Part shown: positions 37,301 through 44,592 of the stretch, piece by piece | Numbering within the stretch: the first letter of the stretch is position 1 | How the letters are laid out: each line of letters opens with the position of its first letter | Translations under genes and position numbers: made by a program | The notes under the pieces: model-generated | The model's database searches: none | The model's input: only the letters and a program-made list of their open reading frames with translations | Told to the model about the DNA's origin: nothing | Source of the DNA: a virus | Strand: one strand, 5' to 3' | IMG/VR virus record: IMGVR_UViG_3300045988_137393 | Length of the DNA stretch: 64,000 bases

Positions 37301-40300
37301 GGTCAGCCGCATGATGTGGTAAACTTACACCAAACTTCTTGTAAATCTGCTGTGTAAATCCAGAACAATCCGCACCTTTTGTAAGACTTGCACCACCCCA
37401 AACATATTTCAGTCCAAGATAATCTGTAGCAGTATCATATACAGCATTTCCACCTGTAGAAGAAGATGATGAAGTTGTCTTTTTGCTATTCTGTGTTTTT
37501 GCGGCTTTATTGGCATATGCCATGTATTTCTTATATGCCTTTTCCTGTGCAGTAATAGCTTTAGTTGTAGCTTCGATAGCTTTCTTAGTCTGATTTTTCT
37601 TTTGACCAAATGTAAGAAGATCGTCAATCTTGTCTTTAGCCTTAGATGCCTTGTCCGTGAGATTATTAAGTTTGATCTCAATAAAGTCAAATACTTCGGC
37701 TGCATCGGATTTTGTTTTGGATTTGGATTTTGATTTTTTTGATGACGGAGATTTATAACTTGATGAACCAGAAGAATTTACTTTTACTTGTGGTATATCT
37801 AATTTTGCACCAGCAGAAGTTGTTACACCATTTACAATGTCTTGAATTGCATTGTTAATATTATTGCGCATTTCATTAGACATAATTGGATTGTCTGATA
37901 ATCTTTGTTTTAATGCCGCAAGTTTATTTAAAGCTTCTGTACCTGCACCAGCCATTTTAGCAAGAGTGTAAATATTTTGACAATCTGCATCAGTTACAAT
38001 AGTGTTTTTGTTACAATACTGTTTTTCCAATGTGAAAGCTGCAAGTTTTGCCTTTTCCTGTTCTGTAATATCACCAAGATTTTGAAGTTTAAGAATATCA
38101 GCAACTGTGGCATTTTGCAAATCTGTGGATGCATCGGCAGAAAGAAGTTTTTCAAATCTAAGTTCTTCTTCCTTTTTTGCCAAAGCCTCTGTTACAATTT
38201 GCTCGGCATTTTTAACGCCCATATCTTCAAGCTGAGTGATATAATACTGTTTGTTTTCATCGGTAAGATTAGCGAGAAAATTGCCATCATTTACCCATTC
38301 AGTAGCAAGAGCATTAGCTGCTTTCTGGCACTGATCCATGCTAGATTCAGAACTACCCATTACCTCTTCAAACTCATCCCATGATTCAAGACCACGGACT
38401 GAAACATCAAATCCTGCTAAATCAGAAGCGGATGCAACTGTACCATTTTTCTTGTCAGCAAGCATATCAGATATCTTAGAAATCTGTGTAGACATAGAAG
38501 AGAGCTGCGTAGAAGCGTTTACAAGACCATTTATTTTCTGTGCAAGTGCCTCTGCTGATAAACCTGTTTCATTCATCAACTGCTGACCACCAGCCAAACC
38601 TTCAAGTGCGTTTCCTGTTAATTGTCCTGCATTTGCAAGGTCAAGAAGGTCATCTGCCGCACCTTTTAAATCGGAATCGTCTGTGTTTTTGAGATTGAGC
38701 CATGCTTCGTCAAAAGAAGCGATAGATGGGGCAGCAGAATCAGCAGCATTACCCGTATCTTCAATAGCATCCACACCAGCATTCAAATCATCACAGAAAA
38801 CTTTAAGATTAGAATCTTTTTCCCCTAAAAACTCTGCGTTATTAATCGCATTCATAAGGTTAGGATATTTTTGTAATTCTTCCTCTGTAAGCTTACCTTC
38901 TTGTGCCAATTGTTTAAGATCTTCTTTTGATTTCTCAATTCCGTTTGTATTGAAAATTTCTGAAATCTGAGAATTATTCCATCCTGCTTTGTCAGTATAA
39001 GAGTAGATTAACTTAATTATGTCTGCAATTTCTTGATATTTTGAAATTGTATTTTTTTCATCGGAGGACAAAGATTCTCCATTAGACTTCTTTTTGACAG
39101 CATTATCATAGGCATCTTGAAGATTGTTCTTCTTCTTTGTGAGATCTTCGATATTGTTATTTAATGATGTTGTATATTCATCTACAGTATCAATACAATC
39201 TTGTAAATTCTCTTCATAATACTTAATATCATCCTTAGAACCAGATTTCAAAGCTTTGTTATATCTCTTTTGTGTCTTTTCCATCTGCTCCGTATAATAT
39301 TCAAAAGATGCTAAATTGCCAACAATATCATCGCTGTTTCGAGCTTCCTGAAATACGCCAGTTGCTTTTGACTGAGCAAGTTGAGTATCAACCGCATTTT
39401 TATCAATATCACCTTTCCCATATTGTTTATTAAATGCAGTTACTGTTTTATCTGCCGCCTCTCGCGCAGAATTAGCCTTCTCTTTTTCTTCAATATTTTT
39501 TTGAAGTTCTAACTGTCGAGTAGCTTCTTTTAATTTATCTAGTTCTTCCTGTTCAACGTATGTGAGTTTATCTTTTTTATTAAGTTCATCAATACTTTTA
39601 TTTTGTTCTTCTAATTGAGAAGTTGTGTCTTTTAATGCTGTTTTAGCAGAATCATACTCACTTACAGCTTCATTCATTGCTTCATTGGCTTTTTCTACAC
39701 GATGGATATAATTATCAATAGCTGTAACAGCTAATTGAATGCCTTCTGCGATAAGCATACCAGCAATCATATTTGCCGCCATCTTTAATCCTTCTAAGGC
39801 AATATTAGCTGCTTTAGCACCAATGGTCATTTGCTCTAATCCATTATTGTAAGCAATAGCAGACTGCCTTGCTGCATTCTGAGCATTTTTTACATCATCA
39901 AGAGATACTTTAGTTAAGTCATTTTCTTGAACAAATTTTACTTGCCATTTTTCACCTTCTGATAATCCTTCAAAGTATTTTTGCCAACTAGACTGATTAG
40001 AATCAACGAATTCTTTTTGTTTCAATAGATTATCTAAAATACCTTGCGGATTTTTTTCATAAACAGAAAGATCTTTTAATTTATCTTGTATATCAGATTT
40101 AGTAATAATAAATTTATCACTTAAGTCTTTCTTAACGGAAGAATTTTTCCACGCATTTGCAATATTAGATATTGTATAATCATTTATTACAATTAATTCA
40201 TCAGAAACTTTTTTAAATCTATTTCCAATATCTTCAAATGATTTCCCCAATATTCCAAATTTCGATGAAAATGTATCTTTATCACTGTCAAATGTTTTGA

Positions 40301-40307
40301 ATATCAT
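34359..40307 (-). CDS. tape measure protein, C-terminal portion, with embedded NlpC/P60 peptidase domain
   Basis: 1982 aa. It has long coiled-coil regions and the hydrophobic segment GAKAANIALEGLKMAANMIAGMLIAEGIQLAV. The NlpC/P60 block YVWGGASLTKGADCSGF...ITHVGIYGGDGKFIESPHTG maps to about 37090-37440. The ATG at 40307 has no SD. Confidence 0.7.
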   Translation of the reverse strand: MIFKTFDSDKDTFSSKFGILGKSFEDIGNRFKKVSDELIVINDYTISNIANAWKNSSVKKDLSDKFIITKSDIQDKLKDLSVYEKNPQGILDNLLKQKEFVDSNQSSWQKYFEGLSEGEKWQVKFVQENDLTKVSLDDVKNAQNAARQSAIAYNNGLEQMTIGAKAANIALEGLKMAANMIAGMLIAEGIQLAVTAIDNYIHRVEKANEAMNEAVSEYDSAKTALKDTTSQLEEQNKSIDELNKKDKLTYVEQEELDKLKEATRQLELQKNIEEKEKANSAREAADKTVTAFNKQYGKGDIDKNAVDTQLAQSKATGVFQEARNSDDIVGNLASFEYYTEQMEKTQKRYNKALKSGSKDDIKYYEENLQDCIDTVDEYTTSLNNNIEDLTKKKNNLQDAYDNAVKKKSNGESLSSDEKNTISKYQEIADIIKLIYSYTDKAGWNNSQISEIFNTNGIEKSKEDLKQLAQEGKLTEEELQKYPNLMNAINNAEFLGEKDSNLKVFCDDLNAGVDAIEDTGNAADSAAPSIASFDEAWLNLKNTDDSDLKGAADDLLDLANAGQLTGNALEGLAGGQQLMNETGLSAEALAQKINGLVNASTQLSSMSTQISKISDMLADKKNGTVASASDLAGFDVSVRGLESWDEFEEVMGSSESSMDQCQKAANALATEWVNDGNFLANLTDENKQYYITQLEDMGVKNAEQIVTEALAKKEEELRFEKLLSADASTDLQNATVADILKLQNLGDITEQEKAKLAAFTLEKQYCNKNTIVTDADCQNIYTLAKMAGAGTEALNKLAALKQRLSDNPIMSNEMRNNINNAIQDIVNGVTTSAGAKLDIPQVKVNSSGSSSYKSPSSKKSKSKSKTKSDAAEVFDFIEIKLNNLTDKASKAKDKIDDLLTFGQKKNQTKKAIEATTKAITAQEKAYKKYMAYANKAAKTQNSKKTTSSSSSTGGNAVYDTATDYLGLKYVWGGASLTKGADCSGFTQQIYKKFGVSLPHHAADQAKMGTKITSKKNLQAGDLVFFGSKNNITHVGIYGGDGKFIESPHTGASVRVSKLSSRKDFVSGSRFSKINNATSTSSSSGKNVKKVKKGVSSKTLEHYKKLIRNGTLDADGIQTIKNENLKNAMKDYQTWYEKAKSCKEQVTSLTDQLKDLYETLANNPIDSASDKIEKLGTKMDILNAKVGNLTFNPTKKIGTSDIDNLYKQIIKNYNSQLSASKTAYTGATKSYKSNKSSLTKSLKKTKAKNIGLTQNEFNSIKSNLKSNKSISYNLINKIENDTLRKKCIAHNEYLLAKNTATDNYNQAKEDHTSNVRQTRKDHFDEVQARYDNKAGLIEQRKNAVSNSLSIAEAKGLLIGEAYYTRQADAVKSDMQLKQEEAEELAKKLSTIKFGSDEWYEAQEALNGVYESIQQDEQELAEFQKSINELKFDRFDELLDKLGDITDETDFLIDMLDSDNLFDSDTGMITQDGITAMGLTAQNYDTYLAEAQKYKDAIADLNEMYNEGKIGLNDYNSKLRTYQQGQRDSIKSANEAKKSLAAYVKQGLDAQNNALEEAISKKKELLETDKSLKEWNDKLADSNKNIAKLEKQIAALEGDDSEENRKKLQQLKSDLQDAQKDRSDMLYDHSVSDQEDALDKMLENSKKQAEDYLKDTDKVFSDALTYVNANSSQVASNIEKIAKDTGYDISSYIVNAWEKGGNAVGDYASTLSSNIPNITAQLSLIASSWQSICDAADRAAEASAKYAETKVTDTQGIGSSNDSGTSSGNGSGSSGSNNTDKQQKLYELKKKASDITEWISKHSDSATHKKSYYGALNQYLYDKQHKQVLSIANEVALAKKLGVSVKSDLSGKNDREKIASALKKLIKDASFSTGGVIKDLVKLSGEDGISFLQRGEAVLSKEQTQALLNFKPVIPQIDSIIGNLKNIPIEKVSSQSPTYQIDNRTIVEGVATDKIVKQMEGVAQKQAENVVRKINQATYAKGVRR
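40293..40304. repeat. left copy of a perfect 12-bp inverted repeat (tgttttgaatat) bounding the tape-measure island
   Basis: Its reverse complement atattcaaaaca occurs at 44562-44573. This copy covers codons 2-5 of the 1982-aa ORF. Confidence 0.85.
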
Positions 40308-40335
40308 ACTATTTTATTACAAGTTGTTTGAGGAC

Positions 40336-40364
40336 TTGCTGAATTTTATTATATGTGATACAAT
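40336..40364 (+). promoter_or_regulatory. sigma-70-type promoter for the island plus-strand operon
   Basis: ttgctg (-35), a 17-nt spacer ending in tg-a, then tacaat (-10). It lies 25 nt upstream of ggagg and the ATG at 40390. Confidence 0.45.
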
Positions 40365-40389
40365 TTTCATAAATTGGAGGTGTGTCATC

Positions 40390-40860
40390 ATGTTAATGTA
40401 TTGTAAAAAATGTGGAAGAACAATTATAGATTCAAAAAAATGTGACATTTGTAACTCTATAACATATGAAGTTCCTGAAGAATATCTATTACTATATAAT
40501 GGAAAAATTTATAAAAATAATTTGAATGAAAGCAAAAAAGACCAATTCATAGAAGAATGTATAAAATCTTCACCAGAATTTGACGAATATCTATTTAACA
40601 ATAGAGATAGAATCAAAGCACAAAAATCTGCCGAATATGAACGAGATATGGCTATCGGTGATGCAATACGTCAAGGTGCGGATGTTAAAACAGCTTTTCG
40701 CAATGGTGGTAAGAACATGCCAAAATGCCCTACCTGTGGCTCACTTAATGTAGAAAAGATTTCAACTAGTAAGAAAATATTTGGCGGTGTAATATTTGGA
40801 TTGTTCAGTTCAGATGTAAGAAACACAATGCACTGTAAAAATTGTGGAGCAAAATGGTAA
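40390..40860 (+). CDS. double zinc-ribbon protein
   Basis: Start at the Met after ggaggtg. N-terminal CKKCG...CDIC and C-terminal CPTCG...CKNCG, with a hydrophobic patch IFGGVIFGLF. Confidence 0.5.
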   Translation: MLMYCKKCGRTIIDSKKCDICNSITYEVPEEYLLLYNGKIYKNNLNESKKDQFIEECIKSSPEFDEYLFNNRDRIKAQKSAEYERDMAIGDAIRQGADVKTAFRNGGKNMPKCPTCGSLNVEKISTSKKIFGGVIFGLFSSDVRNTMHCKNCGAKW

Positions 40861-40935
40861 ACGTATGTTCCGACTATCAATTCTTTGTTTAAAATGGTAA
40901 AATTTGGTTATCAAATATATTACGAAAGAAGGTTG

Positions 40936-41340
40936 ATGCATATGGATTTTATATCACCAGAAGTTAAAAGACAGATGCAGCAAAACCAAGCTAATCGTCA
41001 GATAGAAATAAATGCTTCCAAGATGCAGCTTGATAGTAGCGCAGAACAAGTTGCTTATTATCTGTATGAAGAAATCAGAGATTATCAAAACAAACTTCCT
41101 GATACAGAAGATGTAGCAATGTCTATTGTTCAATTTAATCAGTCAATTACCATTTTTGTTAAAGAAATCGGTTGCATTGGCTACAATTTGGTTTGTTTCC
41201 ACGGAGAGGACACATCTGGCAAACCGTTGGAACTGATACAGCATGTACAACAGTTAAATTTTCTTTTAATGGTTGTCCAAAAACCTGCTCCAGAAGTTCC
41301 GAAACGTCAGATAGGTTTCGTAGGTCAGGTTGAGGAATAA
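40936..41340 (+). CDS. hypothetical protein
   Basis: Met after gaaagaagg. 134 aa. No motif recognised. Confidence 0.4.
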   Translation: MHMDFISPEVKRQMQQNQANRQIEINASKMQLDSSAEQVAYYLYEEIRDYQNKLPDTEDVAMSIVQFNQSITIFVKEIGCIGYNLVCFHGEDTSGKPLELIQHVQQLNFLLMVVQKPAPEVPKRQIGFVGQVEE

Positions 41341-41390
41341 GTTTTGTTAAATCAATATTCGTATTTATCACCTCGAATTAAGAGAGTAGA

Positions 41391-41416
41391 AGACTTGTCA
41401 GATGGCAGGTCTTTTA
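41391..41416 (+). terminator. intrinsic terminator of the island plus-strand operon
   Basis: 9-bp stem agacttgtc / ggcaggtct (two G-U pairs) with a 4-nt loop, followed by tttt. Confidence 0.55.
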
Positions 41417-41437
41417 TGATATATGTTTACAATGCGA

Positions 41438-41463
41438 AAGAGACTAGATTGCTCTAGTCTCTT
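41438..41463. terminator. perfect 10-bp hairpin between convergent island operons
   Basis: aagagactag - attgct - ctagtctctt. Confidence 0.5.
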
Positions 41464-41554
41464 ATTAGTTACTAAAAACTTATATGCAGTTCGTATACAC
41501 ATTTCTGTGCAACTTGATTTACAATTCATATTATATATTATGTATTATATGTTG

Positions 41555-42100
41555 TCAAGATAAATTTGTTAATTCTTTTATTTTGTTTTTTACATAATCA
41601 TATGGTGTTTGTATTTTATAAACTTTTTTATTAGGATTTATTCTCATAATATCGGCACAAAACATTTGATGCACCTTTAATTTACTACATCCTTCTTCTT
41701 CAAAATTCTTAACTCTTATTATCATTTCACATGTTTTATCAACAGGAGCAGATTCTTTTTTAATAGATACAAGCGGAACTATTAACATAGTGTTTCCAAA
41801 ATCTTTTAATATTAAACACCAATGACTATTGTATATTTCTTTTGGGTATGAATTTTCTATATAAAAGTAACAGACATCTCCCTCTGACGGACGTTCCATT
41901 CCCTTTAAATTATATTTTATCTTTGATAATTCAGTATTATTTTTAGCATTCTTACCTATTGTGTTATTAAAGTGATAAATTGAATTAACCATTCTTTTAT
42001 AGTTGTATACAAAACTAATAATATCAAAATTCTTAATAGATAAAATCTTTTTATTTATTAACTCAAGTTCTTTTTCAACATCCATAATAGTGTCCACCAA
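41555..42100 (-). CDS. PemK/MazF-fold toxin-like protein with N-terminal extension
   Basis: EGDVCYFYI...HWCLILKDFGNTMLIVPLVSIKK...SKLKVHQMFCADIMRI follows the MazF/PemK pattern GD-hxxhxh ... RPxhhh ... hhhhPhTS ... sxhxxdQhxxhdxxRh. This is pattern-level evidence only. Confidence 0.45.
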   Translation of the reverse strand: MVDTIMDVEKELELINKKILSIKNFDIISFVYNYKRMVNSIYHFNNTIGKNAKNNTELSKIKYNLKGMERPSEGDVCYFYIENSYPKEIYNSHWCLILKDFGNTMLIVPLVSIKKESAPVDKTCEMIIRVKNFEEEGCSKLKVHQMFCADIMRINPNKKVYKIQTPYDYVKNKIKELTNLS

Positions 42101-42207
42101 TCATAAGTATTATAATTACCATTATATACCAATAATCGACAGAATACTATCAGAACGTATGTTTATAAATATAAAAGAAGAGTAGCCAATCGACTACTCT
42201 TTATCTT

Positions 42208-43218
42208 TTATCCAATTTCCTTTATAGCATCTTTAAAGAACTGCAATCGTCCATTTACCATATCTGAATTTGATGTACCGTTAGAACAGTATTGCAGGTA
42301 ATCCAAATTTGTGTCATATGATGCTAAGAATTCATTTAACCATTCCATATATTTAGAAGTAGATTTAGAATCTCTAACCATACGGTACATTCCATAAATA
42401 CACATTGGAATTGTACTTGCTTTTATTTTTACATCTTCTGGAAGTTCTTCATTCAACTTATCTAATGCTTTGCGCAGATTTTCAATTTTCTTTTCTGCAA
42501 ATTGTTTTTCATTTGGATCTGCAATCTTATCATTATAATACATAATAAATTTATTCATATCTACATCTCTAAATGAAGTAAAATTGTTTTTATCTGTCTT
42601 TTCTGTAAGCATTAAACATTGAATAACAATATCTCTGTCAAGGTTCTTTTTAAACTGAGCAGGAGATAAAACTTTTTCAAAGAATGGATGATCAGCAATA
42701 GAGTAAATAATTTCTCTGACTTCATTGCTTTCAATAGTGCTTCTTTTCTGTCCGTTTGAAAGTTGGTGTCCCATATTTATTCTTTCAAAAATATCAACAA
42801 TTTCTTCTTCGGTTGCATCTGTCATTGTTATAATAGAAATATCTCTGTCATTAAATCTTGACTGAACAGCTTCGTCAAGCTTAGAAAATTTCTTTCCTGC
42901 GATTTCGTATTCAGTCCCATCAATTGTTAATGGTTTTAAATTCTTTGACAATTTAAATTCGTCATTAGCAAAGGCTGCGATTGTAGTAAAACGTTGCTTA
43001 AAATCAACTACATCAATCTCTTTTGTGTCACTGTGTTTATTCACAAGTGCAGGGTAGATAGGGTAGTTTCTTAACAAAGTATCAATAAACAATGACTTCT
43101 CTTTTGGTTTCCAAATACCAGCTCTACGTTGAATTGGTAAGTCAAAATTATATTTTCCCTTATTGATTTCACCAACCAACGATCTTAAACTTTTCGGACT
43201 TGTTTTAATATCTTCCAT
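42208..43218 (-). CDS. DUF262 (ParB-like nuclease superfamily, GmrSD N-terminal type) protein
   Basis: N-terminal FDLPIQRRAGIWKPKEKSLFIDTLLRNYPIYPALV matches the DUF262 signature (P-x-Q-R ... W ... LIDS/T). No DUF1524/HNH half is present. Start set at the Met 8 nt after ggagg. Confidence 0.6.
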   Translation of the reverse strand: MEDIKTSPKSLRSLVGEINKGKYNFDLPIQRRAGIWKPKEKSLFIDTLLRNYPIYPALVNKHSDTKEIDVVDFKQRFTTIAAFANDEFKLSKNLKPLTIDGTEYEIAGKKFSKLDEAVQSRFNDRDISIITMTDATEEEIVDIFERINMGHQLSNGQKRSTIESNEVREIIYSIADHPFFEKVLSPAQFKKNLDRDIVIQCLMLTEKTDKNNFTSFRDVDMNKFIMYYNDKIADPNEKQFAEKKIENLRKALDKLNEELPEDVKIKASTIPMCIYGMYRMVRDSKSTSKYMEWLNEFLASYDTNLDYLQYCSNGTSNSDMVNGRLQFFKDAIKEIG

Positions 43219-43296
43219 CCAGTTTGCCTCCTTCAAAAAATGCAAAAATTTTTATATTTTCACAATAGCATAATTGTAAAATTTTGTAAATAGAAT

Positions 43297-43313
43297 TATT
43301 CAAAATTTGAATA
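43297..43313. promoter_or_regulatory. 17-bp perfect palindrome tattcaaa-a-tttgaata in the DUF262 operon promoter region
   Basis: Read directly from the sequence. It shares the attcaaaa core with the 12-bp island-bounding repeat. Confidence 0.4.
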
Positions 43314-43559
43314 TTTTTCTTTCTGCATTATTCGACAAACTTACGTTCTGGATTTAAGAATTTGGTAGAATATGGTAATATAATACCAAGTGCAAGATAA
43401 TCGTATTACCACATTACGATTCATTATCAGGATCGAACACTTGGTATCTTACCATGTGGGAGTGCCTATGTAAGTGGCACTAGGATGAACATTTCAGCCC
43501 ATTCTGGGCAAATACAAATTCCTGAAAAGTTATTTTACAGGAAAGGAGGGTAGAAGAGA

Positions 43560-43739
43560 TTGTACATTGTTATATTATTGTGTGCAATCATCGGATTACT
43601 TGCGGTGCGTAGATATTTTAAATCACAAGATCATGCCATTGATCAGATTGCTAATCATCAAGAAATGTCCGATGATAAAGCAGATGCTATCGCAAGAATT
43701 TCGACTAAACAACATAAAATCTTTAAAAAGGCTAGTTAA
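43560..43739 (+). CDS. small membrane-anchored protein (59 aa)
   Basis: TTG start 9 nt after aaaggaggg. Hand translation gives (M)YIVILLCAIIGLLAVRRYFKSQDH... It is preceded by a hairpin-rich leader and followed by a strong terminator. It uses a different frame from the track ORF 43567-43845. Confidence 0.45.
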   Translation: MYIVILLCAIIGLLAVRRYFKSQDHAIDQIANHQEMSDDKADAIARISTKQHKIFKKAS

Positions 43740-43786
43740 TTACCATTCTCCAATTGTATTCATATTCATCTATATTTATTCTCCAA

Positions 43787-43822
43787 GAGGGCTGGTCATC
43801 ACGACAGCCCTCATTTTATTTA
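43787..43822 (+). terminator. intrinsic terminator
   Basis: 8-bp GC-rich stem gagggctg / cagccctc followed by attttatttatt. Confidence 0.65.
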
Positions 43823-44592
43823 TTCTCTTTTTACTGTTGAAATAATCATTGATATTTGATACAATAAATTTGTACATACGACCAATTTTATGTACTACCC
43901 CCAATGTTACAATATAGGGAGTCTTTGATTTTCGGTAATCTCAAAGACAATTTAGCACTACAAGAACAGCAACTTGTGGTGCTATTTTATTATTCTCTAT
44001 TTTACTCGATTGAAATCAAGATTTCTTGGTTTTGTGTGTTTCTTCAAACTTACGGTACACACGAACCCTACTGTTATCCTATTAACAATGTGCTATTTAA
44101 TAGGGTGAGAGTAGTAACACTCTTTTACGCTTTTATATCTCAGTCACGAGAGTAGTGCGATAACTACGTATGGAGTCCCTTTTACAAGCTATTTTGTAAT
44201 AACTCAAAATCGTTTAGACTCTCTGAACACCTCCACTATAATATTCTCTATTACAGTAGAATCCGTTGCTGATTGCCGATTTAGTCCATTAAGGACATGA
44301 TACTTAGGGTTTCCCCATATACCCAAATAACCTCCATTTCTGGATTTGACTTTTCTTGTTGTTACCAACATCCTTTCGGAATACATTCACGCTCGCCATT
44401 TCTAGCCACGTTGTAGTGTGTTATTTTATATATACGGTATATTTTATTTCTTCCCAGCACTGTGAGATAGCAACTCACAATTACGATTTATTTTGAAACA
44501 TCTATAGGTTGACTAGACCTAATCTTCCCAACTCTTGATTGTTGTCTTGAGCTAGGTGGGCATATTCAAAACAATAACAATGATTTGAAAAA
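43823..44592 (-). ncRNA. candidate large structured RNA (class unresolved; some group I intron-like elements)
   Basis: About 770 nt with no credible ORF and many hairpins. Three are GAAA-capped in the minus orientation: 44371-44380 tcc-gaaa-gga, 44324-44348 caaa.tcca-gaaa-tgga.tttg, and 44299-44323 gguau.ggg-gaaa-ccc.guauc. There is also an 11-bp hairpin at 44233-44259. ggacuaaaucgg (44276-44287) and agagagucu (about 44216-44224) resemble the group I R/S (P7) elements. P3/P4 could not be assigned. Confidence 0.3.
44562..44573. repeat. right copy of the 12-bp inverted repeat (atattcaaaaca)
   Basis: Located 20-31 nt downstream of the stop of the 772-aa tape measure ORF. It is the reverse complement of 40293-40304. 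Confidence 0.85.

Larger units (their letters stand above)
40305..44592. mobile_element. 4.3-kb island interrupting the tape measure coding region (boundaries approximate)
   Basis: It lies between the stop of the 772-aa ORF (44593) and the ATG of the 1982-aa ORF (40307). It contains its own promoters, terminators and genes on both strands. No recombinase or transposase was seen inside. Confidence 0.4.

Noticed and set aside
43380-43470. Possible tRNA: ggatcgaac resembles a T-loop.
   Set aside because: No acceptor stem, D-arm or anticodon-arm geometry could be built. The pairings instead form a long nested hairpin leading into the small ORF's RBS.
44204-44386. 60-aa minus-strand ORF inside the structured region.
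   Set aside because: It has no RBS, and its codons coincide with the GAAA-capped hairpins. It is more likely a chance ORF within an RNA element.
40293-44573. DNA inversion between the 12-bp inverted repeats as a way to fuse the two tape measure ORFs.
   Set aside because: I worked through the inverted junctions by hand. The upstream stop codon is retained and the downstream ORF loses its ATG (the junction reads tag ggt ggc ata ttc...). Inversion therefore cannot restore a continuous gene.
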